A DNA stretch of 64,000 nucleotides, from the NCBI GenBank assembly GCA_040954595.2, contig CM082592.2, positions 8,419,677 through 8,483,676 of the forward strand, given 5' to 3'. A program made the translations under genes and the position numbers. This document shows positions 11,396 to 25,883 of the stretch, in pieces. Every line of letters starts with the position of its first letter. Position 1 is the stretch's first letter. Under the pieces are notes generated by a model, which saw only the letters and a program-made list of their open reading frames with translations, was not told the DNA's origin and ran no database searches. This stretch comes from Balanoglossus misakiensis. Taxonomy: Eukaryota > Animalia > Hemichordata.

Positions 11396-14300
11396 GGGGA
11401 CCTGGGAGTGATCCGTCACCTTGGTAACTGAGTAAATTTCGACGGTGATCGATCGCGACGAGCCGCGTGTTTGAGATCAGACATGACCGACAACCACGGT
11501 TGGGTCAGGGTGGCATTTCACAAAGAACTCCGAATCTCGCTCTACGATAGCACGATACGATCCTTGGGGTTGTCTATTTTCCGTCATCGATTTCAGACAC
11601 ACTTCCCCCAAGTCCCCACCCCCAGGTTAGCAAACGACCCCCTCATCGTCCATATATAGGCCAGTGACTCGGAAAAACCATACGATTCGGAGTTCTACAG
11701 CATAAATACTAAATATACATTGGAAAATAACAACAGGAATAATTGGAAATGTGAAATATATTTTGAGTTTTGTGTACCCCCTTACACACACATACATACA
11801 AAATAAGATGTCTTATATTATGGTCGGTGCATCAGTCATGCGTTAACTACATATAGGCCAGTAAGCTAGCCTCATAACACGTGAAATTTATGATGTACAT
11901 ATCTGCAAATGTACATAACGCGTAAAAATGATAGATTTCATTGCCTACGGTGCTCGGTGGTGCACGTGGCGCCGTATTAAGACACGTTAATTTTCAATAC
12001 ACAGAGGAGACGTGCAAATACCAGCGTGTCTGGCACTCCACTATGATTTATTAATTACGCGCCCTCTTTTCATTAGCCCTTGATTTATTCCAAGTTTGGC
12101 GGGATTAGTAATATTTCATCTGATATGCAGTGTTAATTAAGGCTCGTCTGGTTAGACAATGGAGATGTGCGAGACGGAGAAACGAGAAGAACTTTCAACA
12201 TAGTTCTACGGAAATTTCGAACCCTTTTGTCCGTATGCCAAAAAAGTGTCCGCGCTTCCGGAATCCAAGATACTAGATTTTCACCCGACTTTGGCAATAA
12301 AAAATAATCCAGTATCGCTACATATTATCAAGACGATTTTTAAAATTTGCTAACACCTAGCAACAGAAAAAAGTGACGAGAAAATGTGAAGCATCACACT
12401 TGTTGTCATTCATGGGGCGTCGTTTTCGGTTGAACCGGTACTCAGAACACGGCGCAGCTGTCCTTTCTGGAGAAAAAAAAATTACACAGCTTCGATAGGC
12501 CTGGCTAGGCTACCTTCTCCCAAATTTGATCACGGTCGTAAATTGAGATTAAAGAGGTAACCGGCAAGTGCGGGGACCGCGCGCAAATTAAGATTGTGTA
12601 GTTAGTCACACCAGGGGAAAAGAGGATGGGGGAAAATTCTCGATGCCGAAATGTTCGCGATGTTGGAAAGGTGTCAAATCCGGTCTCGGGGGCACATTAG
12701 TTGTACCAACCACTCAGCGAACGGAACTCCCGCTGTATAATGGAAATGACTTTTTTTTCGGCGCGCGGAAGATGGCCGTTTTGTCATTACCCGCTAAATA
12801 CGTTTTAGGTGTAGAATTTAGCGGAACGCGAGATGGGACAGATACGATAATGACTTGTTTCATTATTTTAGCTCAATAGATAAGATTGAAATTCCAGACA
12901 GAGGGATGATTCATTGTTCGGGCCAGACAAAAGGTTTTATTATTTTTTTTGGTAACGCGCCGGATCGCGTTCGTATCAGTCACTTATGCCGGCGTTTTCT
13001 ATCTCGATACACTCTTGGTAGAAAGATTCAATAAAACGTCCAGAAAACATAGTACTTTGAAGATTTGCAATGTCAGAGAAAACCTACCCGCCCTTACCAA
13101 CGTTTACAGGATATATTTGAACATTTCAGGTCAATTTTGTTCGCTTTCAAGATGAAAGAGAACTATTACACCACCACGGCATCAGATGATTAATTGTTTG
13201 TAGCATGTCTACGATAACACTACTCTCGCTGTATTGCTGCCAGTGAAAAATGTTATGGATACAGAAAAATGGCACATTTATCTTTCGAAGATAGTCCAAA
13301 TCTACCACAAGTTTGAATAGACACCGCGACACCGTGGATTTCCGCTGATGCCGTCGCCAAACACACGCACAAACAATGACCCATTCGACGGCTTAGATGA
13401 AAATGACTGACACGACAATCTATCATTCGCATACACTGTGTAGCGTAGAATAGTGATGCTTCAGGAGTGTGCGACTAAATTGGTCGGTTACGGGACAAAT
13501 TGGCGGCTCTTTTATCGTCTGCGAAGGGTCACGTTGGCGTCACGATTGTGGATTCAATTTTGATAAAAATTTACAAGAAGCGATGAATTCCCATCAGGCC
13601 GAGCACAGTCATTCGTGTCGGAATATGCAATGAATGATATTTCTATCTGGATATGACAAACGATCAAACTTGCGGAAAAACTGGAACCGTCAATCTTCAG
13701 GCGTGCAGACCGAGTCCGTTCTAGGCCTATAGCACGTTCACCATCTGAATCAGATGGAGCTAAGACTGTCACAAAGACAAAGACAAAGGTGGTGATGAAG
13801 TGAGGGGGGGGGGGGTTCGATTCATGACAGGCAAATTAATGATTCTGTTTCAGTCATACGGGAGATGATAGTCAGTCCGTTGATCATTTTTGTTGGAAAG
13901 TATTATTTTAATGGTTAAACCACAATGCCGTCGTGGGCCTCCTGAATTATTCAACGGACGAAATGATGCAAAGTCTCAAGCCAAGCGGAAACTTGCAAAT
14001 GGAAACAATGGTGATTTCGGAAGGCGGAAAATGTTTTTTGAGGACAGGCGGACGGCTTTTGTCCTGTACAGTTAGATGATTTCAGGGACGGGCTTGACCC
14101 AGGTGTACTTGCTGAGCGAGACCTCCGCTTAACGGATTAAGTTGATCCTCGCTAAATCAAATCGGAATTAGAATGGTCGTAAATCCGTCTAACTTCGCCT
14201 CGGTTCATCGCAGTTGCCGGGTATATGCACAGGGGAGTAGAATGTTTCACAATAGCAAATTTGATGAATATGTACCATGGTTGGGAGTAGCTGCGTCGCG

Positions 14301-14702
14301 TCCAATGCAAACTCATTAGCCTCCGGGGAGCAAGTTTTTATCCACGAAATATCGGTACCGACTGTCCCCTTTGTCGGCCGAGACGAACCGAACGGCATCC
14401 AATACTCAAAATGATCGACCATTTCTCAATCATTCTCCTGCAAAATAAAGTCCTGGTGAGCATGAATTACGACATTGGAGTCATTATAGACAACGGGTTT
14501 ACCCATCTTCCGCCACAACAAAAGCCATACCGCAATGGTGTGTATAGAATTGACGAGGGGCGCCCCCAAGAGTTCTCTTTTCCACGCATTTGCGGCCATT
14601 TTCAAAATGGTATGCACGTGGTTTGTGTGTGTGTGGAATTCGTGCGCGGCGCGGCAAAAATACTTTCAGGCCTCCACGATGTGTTACTTTTTAAATTTCA
14701 CA

Positions 14703-14708
14703 TTTATT
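14703..14708 (-). terminator. Candidate distal polyadenylation signal (AATAAA on - strand) of the LHFPL7-like gene
   Basis: tttatt on + at 14703-14708, at the boundary where AT-rich, CpG-poor UTR-like sequence gives way to CpG-rich DNA. Other candidates lie near 16127-16147. Confidence 0.4.
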
Positions 14709-16149
14709 GTTAGTTATAATTTACATATATGTACAGAGAATATACTAGCATTACATCTTAATCTATACATGCAATAAAAGTAGCTTTTGTGACATCGTAC
14801 AAGAATGAAAGAACACAATTGGTATTGCAGATGTTGAAACAAATCAGCCTCAGTAATAAAACCTAGCATTTTTCACTCCATTAGACGTATTATATAATAT
14901 TACACAGAAGAGTGACAGCATTATTTCTTGAGGTGCATACTGAGCACTCTTGTCGTTGTAACTATATGATTATGACCTTTAACCCGACCTCACCTCAATG
15001 ATGACCTTTCACCTGAATTAGCTACACTTTCATCTGAATTATTTCAATGCTATAAAAAGCAGGAAAAAATCACAATTAATATTAATGTTTTTAAGTGCCA
15101 TGCATGATTAAATTTTAGCTAGTTTCGTCTGTTCAAGTACAGAAGGATGTAGACAAAAAATGTGGAAGAATTTCAAAGTCGCACAGTCTGGTAAATTTTC
15201 TGTACATATCACAATTTTCTGTCCATGCAGTCACACATAATGTGTGTTCACAGGGGTCGTTTTTATTGCATATTAAAGGCAGACTTGTCTTTAAAATGCA
15301 ATATACTAACATACACCAACTGCTGTGAAAATGATTTAACTTTTTTTTCACAAATAGAATTTTACACCGGTTGTCATGGAAATGGCTCGTTAATTACAAT
15401 ACTGTAACATCTGAAGGCATATCTGTGTATAAACATTGAAAATTGTGATTTTTAAAACCAAATTCCAGTCTCGGTTCACCGGTTAAAGAAGGCACCACTT
15501 CAGGGCACACCAAAATACGACTTTTGATGGAAGGAATGCTTTCTCGGAAGACTCTAAAAATGAATAGTTTTCTTCAAAATATTAAACTATTCAAGTCTTT
15601 TTAAATGACAAATTTCAGTTGGGAAGAGATGTATAATGTAGGCAATGTTTTTTTGTACTCTGGGGAGGTTTGCCACTGAAGAAATTCTGAGTGCAGTTTC
15701 TGTTGCAAGTAGAAAGATTTGAACTTTGACCCTAAAACATGGCGTCATCAAAGGCAGTGTTCTTATTAAAAGTCAACTGCATATCAAACCATGTATATTT
15801 TACAAAATAGTTTCACAGATTTCACAAAATACCCAACACAACAGCATCTATTTGCTTTGGTATCCGAAACAGTTGCCCATGATGTTGTTATGGCTTATGG
15901 GGGTTATTCGTTTGATTATGATATAATAATGTCATTTCAAAATATTGTCAATAGTAAAAATAGTGTCAAGGACACTGTGCTCCCATTGGAATTAGTACAC
16001 GCCAGTACGACATTTTGGATCCATCACAACCCCACAAGGATACCTTTAATATTATGTACATAATTTATGAAATAATTGATGAATAAATCTTATGGGGAAT
16101 TTTCCTAGGGCTCTGCAAACCAAAGCTTTATTTAGTTCAGTTTTATTGA

Positions 16150-16242
16150 TAAATACACACAGCTAGAGATAGACAGACAATGGATGCTGACTCATATAAA
16201 CTCCCACTGGCATACATACATATGTCAAATGAGAGCTAAAAA
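16150..16242 (+). mobile_element. Degenerate non-autonomous element end (GACA-type microsatellite, stem-loop, A-run), Helentron/HINE-like
   Basis: acacacagctagagatagacagaca is followed by an imperfect hairpin (ctcccactggcata...tatgtcaaatgagag) and ctaaaaa. The family assignment is inference. Confidence 0.35.
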
Positions 16243-18045
16243 TTGGACCAACGTATATGCAATTTTTTCTTTTCAACAACATGAGTGCGGCAAGTTCAGC
16301 ATCGACTATTTACCATGACACAGATTGTGTGTAAGGCCAAATTTCTTCAAATTGTTAACAGTATCTACAAGATCATGTCCTTATATACAAATACAGGATA
16401 TAGTCAGATTTGTAACTTTATCTACAAAACATTACACACTATATACAAAAAGCCGTGGACAGGGAGAGAGTAGATTTCAGCAGTCAGAAGGCAAATACCA
16501 ATTAGACATAGAATAAATACTTCCTGTTACGACGTACAAGTTGATCATTTTGGTTTGACCTCGGACATAAATCATTGATGCTGCTTTAGATCCCATATGC
16601 CTCGCAGTTACAAAGTTTTAACACAGGCCTAAACCCTGATGCTGAAATTCCATGGAACAGCTCACAAATCCTACCCTCAGATGTAACAAATACTTTCGAA
16701 CCCGGCCAAAGAAGGATTCTACCCATCAGATATATCTCATTGATATTTTCGATCTTGAGGGGAAAAAGCTCAACTAAATCTTCTCCCCGCGGCAAGTTTT
16801 AACTTGGGTTTAATTTGAAAATGTCAACCAATTCTTCTCTCCCAGTGATAATTTTAGGCTTGTGGTGGGTAATTTTGTACTAGCTTGTTTTTTAAACATA
16901 AAAGCAATGTCTGGAGTTAAGAAGCATGTTCCTCATTGCCCCCTTCCATATCTAGATCGAGATTAACTAGGCCGAAATGCCCTGAAAGTTTATCATCAGT
17001 GAGTCTAAACCTCAGTAACTTTCAGTCTGTAAACTGATTCAATAGTCAAAATATTTCTGTGATAAAGTGGGATATTTTCAGTCTTGACTCTTTGCTATGT
17101 TTTAGATTAGACCTTTGATAGTAAAGACAGAATTTGGACTCTGTCCTTTATACACTTACAAGTCAGGGCTTTTTGATAATTTTTCAGATAACCATTGGTG
17201 GGTATTTGTTTGGCAGTAAACAAGTTAAATAATAACAGCTGTCAAGCATTATTATGACAAGCTAAAAGATAAAATATTTCATATTAATATCAGAAATTCC
17301 TTTACAAAGATTTAGTAGTTTTCAAACCTCCGTCTGCCATAAAGTTTAACACCTCAGAATGTGCTAATATAGGACTACTCTCTTACTACCATACATGATG
17401 TATATTGTACACATTTAGGTGGGTTTTCATAATAAATACACATGAATGCATATGCTCAAACATTTGCTCATGCTGATTGACATCTGTCATTTTGTCCATT
17501 CATTTTCTCTTGAGTTTTGAGTTTGTACCAGTGGAATTCACAAAAATATCCAAAAACAAGGGTGACAGGCAGGATGGTTGCATCTAGTATAAGCAGGGTG
17601 TCTTCTGGAGTGCATATGTACAGGGGATGCACTCCTATATCACATCTATCTTGTCTTCATATGCTGGATGCTTTCACTTATTTTATTGAACAGGGTGCTG
17701 CCCTCCTATCAGAGTTACCACTGCTGTATGCACCGGTACATATCTTGTACAATGCACAGGGCTGTGTTCCATGCATGTCTCTTAATTGGATCCACACAAC
17801 TGTGTTTCCCCCGGGATTATACTCCTCGGTGCAATACTATTTTGAATGCAGGAACTCGCAGATATCTTCACTGATGTTCCTATTAAATATATCTGGGGGT
17901 ATTCTCGAACTTTATAAGGCTCACTTTCGAAACCTCTGCGGCACACTTGCAGAATTCTTCTGAAATCCATTCCAGATTTTAATATATTGATGTACAAAGA
18001 CAAGTCACAACGATATAAACATCCATTTTTTTCCACCTGTCTGTT

Positions 18046-18302
18046 TTACACATGCGATAAAAGTGGTGGTGCGTTGAGATTGTTACTTGGCAGGCTCACG
18101 TACTCTTTTCGCATGCTGGAGAGATATTTGGCGAAGACTGGACAGAACATGGCGATGGCAGTGCTCATGATGGCCAGCATGTAACCCCATCCGATCTCGC
18201 AGTCCCCGGCGTTGAATATGGCCGACTGACCACAATACTGTCTTACAAATGAGTTGTCGAGTCCTAGAGGAAAGAGCACCAGTCCGGCCATCAATATCAA
18301 CA
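18046..18302 (-). CDS. LHFPL7: LHFPL tetraspan family protein (LHFPL7/TMEM211-like), terminal coding exon (end of TM3, ECL2, TM4, tail)
   Basis: Acceptor ttctctcttatttttcag on the - strand. Translation VLILMAGLVLFPLGLD...YCG...F.AGDCEIGWGYMLAI matches the LHFPL/TMHS family motif and my recollection of TMEM211 (GLLIFPIGL...C.LGWGYMTAI). Stop TAA at 18048-18046. Confidence 0.9.
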
Positions 18303-21300
18303 CTGAAAAATAAGAGAGAAAGAAAATATTGTTTTCAATATGCGGACAGATATGTGTGAACATCTGGTTGAGTCTGGTCTGAGATTCAGAACTGAAATTA
18401 AACTGTAGGAATATCATTTTTAAAAGTGCCTTATAATATATTCCATAATTTTGTCACCATCACAGGCTTGTGTGGTGATGTCGAAAAAGAAATATGTCGT
18501 CCTCATATTATAACAATTAATTTTTGTTTTACAAATTACCTTTACAGTAATATATCAAATGTCAGACAGTTCATATGATGCCCTTTTTGATAGGGACACG
18601 GTCCATTATTAGTCAAGAAATCTTTAAATGATGTCTAATGGCAGGTCAACTAATCAAATTAAGGTTTTGTCATTCTCTTTTGGGCAGGGAGGGCCATCGC
18701 TTCAGTAACTATTATGAAATTACGTAGCGGGGCTGTGTGTGACTCTGTAATCAAATCTTCATCAAACTGATAATATGTGTCTGTCGGAACTTGGAGAGTT
18801 AAATCGCTCTATACCCAACCACTTAGTGAAATTACTAGCCGGTCAGTAATTAGCCCCTTCAATCCCCCCCTGAGACGTGGTCGTTCAGATATCATTAGAA
18901 TCCATTAGACATCTAATGTACTAAGATGAGTTCCAGATTACACCCTCTGATATCGGACTATTTGCTGAATGAAACTGAGATGTGACGGCAGAAGTCAACC
19001 ACGCTGAACAAAATAGTCCCTCTGTCTGTACGTAACTGATGGCTTGGGTATGATTTTTTTGAACATATGGTGTGTATTAGTACTGGTCAATGTGTACAAG
19101 ATATTCCAACATTTGAATTTGCACAGTTTCATGCTCCCACCAACAAACCAAGAGACAACATTTAATCCATGTCTCAATCATATTGCCTTTGCATGAAATG
19201 CCATGTTGTTACTTCTTTCATTTCTGGATGATTGTCTGCAGGGCAGTCATGATTGGTTAAGACTTGAATTGATACGGCAGACAGAGTGGCACTGAAACAC
19301 AATAAAATATTTACAAACTGCAGAACTGAATGCAGCTGTGATTTCTGCAAGATCACATACAGTGCAATATATGAAGCACTGGGAAAATATCTTGTGTCAG
19401 AAAAAAAATATTCTTGGGAATGAATACAATTCTTCAGAATGGGATTTTTGGCTTAAAAACTTATCCAACTCTCTGTTTCAAATATTTAAAGCATGACCAA
19501 TCCAAGCAGTGTTCAGAAACTCAACTTATGAAAATGCATGGTTTGTGGAGATTCCTACATTTTGTTTGATGAGAAAACGTCTGAGAAAAAAAGTTGCCCT
19601 ACATGCAATGCCGCTGTTATCACAGTGTTGATAGGATGAATGCTGGGCGTTTGAACACACTCTTGGGATCTGAATAAGACAGTGGAGCTGATACACAAAT
19701 TTATCAAGAAGACAATGGTGATACAGCAGTCCCTGCTGCTTGGAAGTAATGATGTACATGATGCGAATACTCATCTAGGTGACTGTACATGTACACACAG
19801 CTGTAACTCCATTTCCAAAATACTGAGTTTAAACTCCACATGGTAAACTGATACCAACAAAATCCCAGGATGTAATGGTCACACAAGTCACAAAAGTGGC
19901 CTATATGGATTTAAATTCTGAACAGAAAAATTAGAGATGTTTGACATTTAATTTCCTCAAAAAGCACCCACGCATGTCTGTTCCAATCAGTTGTCCTATG
20001 CACTCAAATACATCCAATTGAAATGAATTTCCTGCAAGTACAGATAATGCATTATAGATGTTGTCATACTTTGGAGGTTGTTGTCCAGTTTTGAATTTGA
20101 TAGACTTAATTCTTGTCTTTTATTTCATTTATGATTGGCCTTGTTACCTGCCTGCATTCTGGACCGAGACTGTATTCTTTGCCTAGATGTCAGTCACTAA
20201 CAAATTGGTTCCATGTAAATATTTCTCACAAACCTAAACCAACTACGTCTTGGCATCTGAAGGCATATTCTATTCACAATCCTGAGGCTATCTGATGCTT
20301 TCCTATGAATATTTATCAGACAAATTGCACAATTTGTCAAATATCACAAACCATAGAAATCAAGATTGATGGTACAAGTCAGGAATTCATCAAAATTGTG
20401 ACTTGGCGAAATATGACGGACGACTGAATATGCCTCCTTGTCTCCAAGTAATTTGTGCCCTCAACACAAAAATCAAAAAGCCATTTAAGAAAAACACACA
20501 ACAACTGAATAACTGCTCAATAGCATTCCATCTCTGTCAATATTTCATTTCTTGACAGGTGGGTTATTTGACTGGTGGAAGTAATCATTCTTTCTGGAAC
20601 CTAAACAGACAGAAATTGTACCACTACAGCTGTCTTATAAACTCAGGGCCTTTCAGAATGGAAGGTCCCTGCAGTTACAACCTACTGAGGTTTAGCCAAA
20701 ACGTTAAGTCACGGCACGACATACAAGGGTCTGCATGTAAGGAAAACGTTGCCATGGTTATTTCACTTTGACGTGCAACTTGAGACTGTGCGTCCCAAAA
20801 GGTTTATCATTAAGAAGGCACAAGTGCACTTAAAATTCTAAAGGCAGAGTCAACGAGCTCTAGATAACCGCAGCAGTACACTTACTGCAATGAGAAATCC
20901 ACATCTTTATCATTCATGAATTTCTAAAAATAAGTGAATTACACCAACTGAAATGTCATTTGCATGCAACCACAGAAACAAAAAAAAACCTAAACGGTTG
21001 TGTGCACACTTCTGTGGTGTTGATTAAATTATTCTCTGGGTTTTATACCCCAGAATTAGAATAAAATCTATAAGTCACATTCTACAGAATGAAATTCATT
21101 CTCTTCTTATTGGGCTGTGTAATGATAGTTTAATAGAGCTCTTGTCCTCAGCTCCTTGAACACTGTGTATCTTATGAGATGTTTAAAATGCGAGTTAGAT
21201 GGCACATGGAAAAATCTCCCTGATTCAGAGTCATCAATGCCCACTTGAAAGGGAGATAGTGAATAGCCTTACTGTTGGATTGCGAGACAGTGAATATGGG

Positions 21301-24300
21301 CTATAATTGGTAGTGACAACAAGAGTATCTGAGTTTGAGCATTGCAGCTGTGTATCTGTGGAGAGGTGACTGTGTTTAGGCTGACTGAATCATGAAGCAA
21401 TAGGGAAAATAGAAATCTAGTGATTGTGTCTTGCTGCTAGCTGATGTTTATCAAAAGAAGGTAAACCAACAATACTTGATCTGAATCAGAATGCTTGATA
21501 TCCTTCTCCCATCAACAGAATATACCTGTGCATTTACTAATAATAAAGCAGACATTAATTCTCCAAGAATAATGGTCTTTGTTCAGTTTCAAAAGACAAA
21601 AGGGGCCAGCTTGGCTGAATGTGAACACTATAATCCATGAAGGGAAACAGCTGCCAGCACCAGTCCCAAAATGTCTTATTGACCCAAGGCAAAACACAAA
21701 AGGTCCATTGCGGCAGATATAGAGTTTCACAATGAGTAATGACAAACGTTCAGGAAAGATGGATATACAAAGATGACATCACCAATATCAATATTTAACT
21801 ATATTTTGCAGAGGAAGTTTTGGGGTTTGTCAGTATCGGATGACTAAGGTAAATATTTGTGCAGGATATGCTGGTGATTGATAGCTGTACCATGGGGATC
21901 AAACCAATTGCAAGGCCCTTTGGGAGCACTGCACGAAAACAAAGACTATCGCTTAAACGCATTCCACATTGGAAGACTTAATAGAACATGAGTTTCAGTC
22001 ACTTCGGGTCAAAATTTCCCATTGTTAACAAACTGAAAGACAATACGGGTAGACACTACAATGCTATTAAAGGTTGAACAAAAGTGTACTAAAACTCTTG
22101 TATGCCAGCTATTGTGTGAGGTCCAGAAATGAATTACTTGTTATTATCTTCATATGTTTTTTAGGTTGAGTATTTCAAAGAAATTTCACTGATAACAGCC
22201 AGTTTTTCGCTCTGAAGTGAGTACTTTGCATGTACTAGTATATTACAAATACATGAACTTTGCATTGAATTAGAACACCCCTTGTCCAAAACAAAAAAAT
22301 TGAGCAATTCATTTTTGTGGCTTACAGTTTCAAGACAAAAGGTTCTGAAGTTACAGTGAGGTCACATGGCCTGTTCACTAACAAATTTACTGTTGCCAGC
22401 AATTTGAGCTGGATGAGGCTTACGGCTGATTAGTGGATTTACAGGTCAGGATGGTGGCTCAAGGCTTATTTTTTGTGAAGCTTTGTTCCAAAGCCCCCAT
22501 TAACCTCTGGGGTTTTGCAAACGTTCCAATGACTTTACACAGATTTGTTGAACTGATGCCCAGGTAAACATCTGCTGTAGAAAAGTTACAGCAGACTAGA
22601 GAGCTGGTTACACAAAGCACACAATATGCAAATTAGGGTCATCTAATCCATCAGTAAAGTACAATACTCCATGTTTTGCATAATGCCAGTAGAAGAGCAA
22701 GTATGATGACTACACATTGTCAATATTCTTCTTTTAGGTGGCCATGATCATCCTTCAAAATTTTAGCTGAATTCATGGTTTTACATATTGAGTCACAGGT
22801 TTCCAAAAAAACATACAAATACTACAACTTTCCTATGTCCTTTTCATTTGTGTTTTAACCCCTAAAGACCAACATAACCTCAGAAAATAACATATCAAAC
22901 CTGGTGAGTTATGTAGTGGGGAGACAGCCCGGCCTAAAAAATCAAACACATAAAATAATATAATCCCACTGGGACACACATGTTCCTCTAATGAATTAGC
23001 AGATGTATTGCAATGAATTTCCTTTTAAATAAATAATCATCATGTACAGACGCACAATCATACTTTTTGACTGGCAGAATTAAATCAAGTTTAGAAATAT
23101 TATACATTAGAATAAAATATATCTATGTGCCGCACTATGGGTCAAGCTATTATCATTTATCTAGTTGCCACACTAGGTTTATGATGGTCAGATTGCATTA
23201 GACTGTATAGCTTTCATCTCAATACCGGACAGATCTCAAACTTTAAATGAAACAAATACAGTGTATGTACTGATCACACTCTATATACTTCCACTGTCAA
23301 ACTCATGAATAATACACTGTAAATTATGCACACACAGACAAAAATTACCAGGATTAAGGTACACTGAAAATGATGTTTAAAATTCACATGGCTTCTACTG
23401 GACCTCCCCGTTTACTGACAGCATAATTGCAATCACTAAGCTACACCATTAACATTTGCCCATTTGTAATGAAATTCCAATCACAGCCTCTGTTTCCTAA
23501 TTTCTCCCTGCTTTTAAGATTTTTATCATCAAATCTATTAGACTGTGAAAGTGCTTTCTTGATCTTACAATTTATCCTTTAAGTATTCCATCACTCAGTA
23601 ATGATTATATGGGCCAGGCAGAGAAAATCCACGAGGTTCATTGTGATTGAAATGCCTGTTTTAAGTTGTTCAGTCAGACCATTTGGAGACACAAGATCAT
23701 TATGTACCACAACAATCATTGCAAATATCTGCAGAAATTAAGACAACGTGACAATTTCTTGTTTCAGTTCCATTTGCACAGAATCTCACAAATCTACAAA
23801 TGTAGCTATCATCATTATTATTGTGAGCAAATTTATTCCCAGTGACAACTGGAGTATGAATACTTTTGATAAAAAAAACAGGCTTCGACTGTCAGTGTAC
23901 ATTGACAGGCTTGCACTGTGATTTCTTTGGTATCATATCCAACACTCTTTGTATAAGGGATAACTATTATCAATACTCTAAGCCAACTTGACATGTGTGT
24001 AGACTCTGTTTGCCATGCAAGTGCCAACTGCGATCTGGACAGGATTAAGATCCGGTACTAACACTGACACGATTAAACTGACAAAAAGCCTGGAAGAAAG
24101 CTAACTTAATGAATGTAATAAATGTGGGGTGTGCTTTTGGAAATACAATCATCAGTCATAATCAAATTTTCACAGCATGGAAAAAAGTTGAGGCATTGTT
24201 ACTTCTGTCAGTGTTGCCACGGTATTGTAATACCCTTGCCACGGGGTCAATACTTGCGGTGATATTACACAAAGGACCCCTAAACCTCAATCACCAGTTG

Positions 24301-25883
24301 CTCAATTAAGTCGACTACTCTCTCAGTGTGACGAATTCAATTTATTTCAAGTGCTTGAGCATTTGGTTAATATTTAATTTAGTGGAAACCAACCGGAAGA
24401 TTTGATGTGTGTTCCGTATTCAGCTGAATTACACATCTGAGCGACACATTGACAACTACGAGGAAACTGAAGCTTTTAGAGAAAATGTCCTTTCACAGGT
24501 TTCCTTGGAAAAGATATCTACATATATGCACCATGCTGTTAGCTTTTGTGTTACAGGCTGAGATAAACCTTGCACTGACGAAAGCAATCTGAATGCACGC
24601 CATGAAACTTGTCTTGCAATATGAAGAGTGATGGTTGAATATATTGGCTATGTTTATAGTACAGATATTCGTTGTGTTGAGGTTTGATTTCTAGTTTAGA
24701 CACTATTCCATCGGAACCAAACTGGGAAAATTATAGAATAATTTGGCTGCCAACCAGCACAGGCATGCCGCAGATTGTTCAACTAAGTTTCTGTTGACCT
24801 TGTTTGGGTAAATCATCTCCATTCAAAAGTAGTCCTTTGCCGGATTATTTGTGGATGTTGAAATGATCTGGAAGCAAACACTGAACAGAAGTGTAGGTTT
24901 CCTGGATGCAAATTGTATCCAAAGAAAGAACTCTTTTGTTTTCTTGGAATGAAAAGAATTAAGTCACTTATTTGGTGATTTCATGTTAATAGCTGGTGCA
25001 CTTTGTGACTTCCATTTGGAATAAATCATGAACGTTAAACACCATCAATTCAGTACTCAACTGTAAAGTGTGAGGTGATGGCTGCAACAAAACATAATAA
25101 GTTCTGGTACAGTGTAGTTTTTACATAGTACGTAAGCCTCAGGGAACCTTTTGTCCGAAATTGACATACAATTGGAACTTTTAGCGTGCCTCCAAGAGAA
25201 TAGCTGTCTGTCAATTCTGGTGCTGTGTGTCAATGGGACTTACACATAGCGCTGCCATGCGGTCAGTTGTTTAGTGAGTTGCAGTTTGATGACGATCAAC
25301 ACTTTAAATGACAAACTGGGCATAAATGAAACATGAGTATTCGCTTGTACGTATTCCTCAGTGTACCACAGAGTAAAAAAGATGCTACGACGCAGCACAT
25401 AAATTGTTATAATGTAATGCTCTTTGATTATGAATCACACAAGTCCATATTCACGAGGTTACGGTACGAGGATGTTACTGTATCTTGAGTAGGCCTTTAA
25501 CTCTCAATTAGTCAGTCTATTGTCACAGTTTGCCTGGAAATGTTTTCCCCAAAGACACTGATGTATGTACTGGTGAAGCACACAATGGCTATTACTTTTT
25601 TAAGAACTTGAGTTAGTTCTCTCTGCTGAGAATCACTCTCACGAATCAAGTGCAATGGAAAGATGAAGCCCACATATGTCATATGTACAAGAGAGATCAT
25701 ATGACGATACAATGTATGTGTTATTATTATGAATTATGGGTGATGACCAAATTGTGTACTGAATTGTTAGTTTTGCAACAACTAGACGGACAGACTAAAT
25801 TGTTACATGCAGTTACTGCAATTTCAGTTCTGCATTCAACTGACCTGGGCTCCTTTGTAGAATCGTATAAGCTATTTTATTTG

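Noticed and set aside
16690-16715. CCGGGTTCGAA (B-box-like) on the - strand
   Set aside because: No A-box or cloverleaf could be built, so it is not a tRNA.
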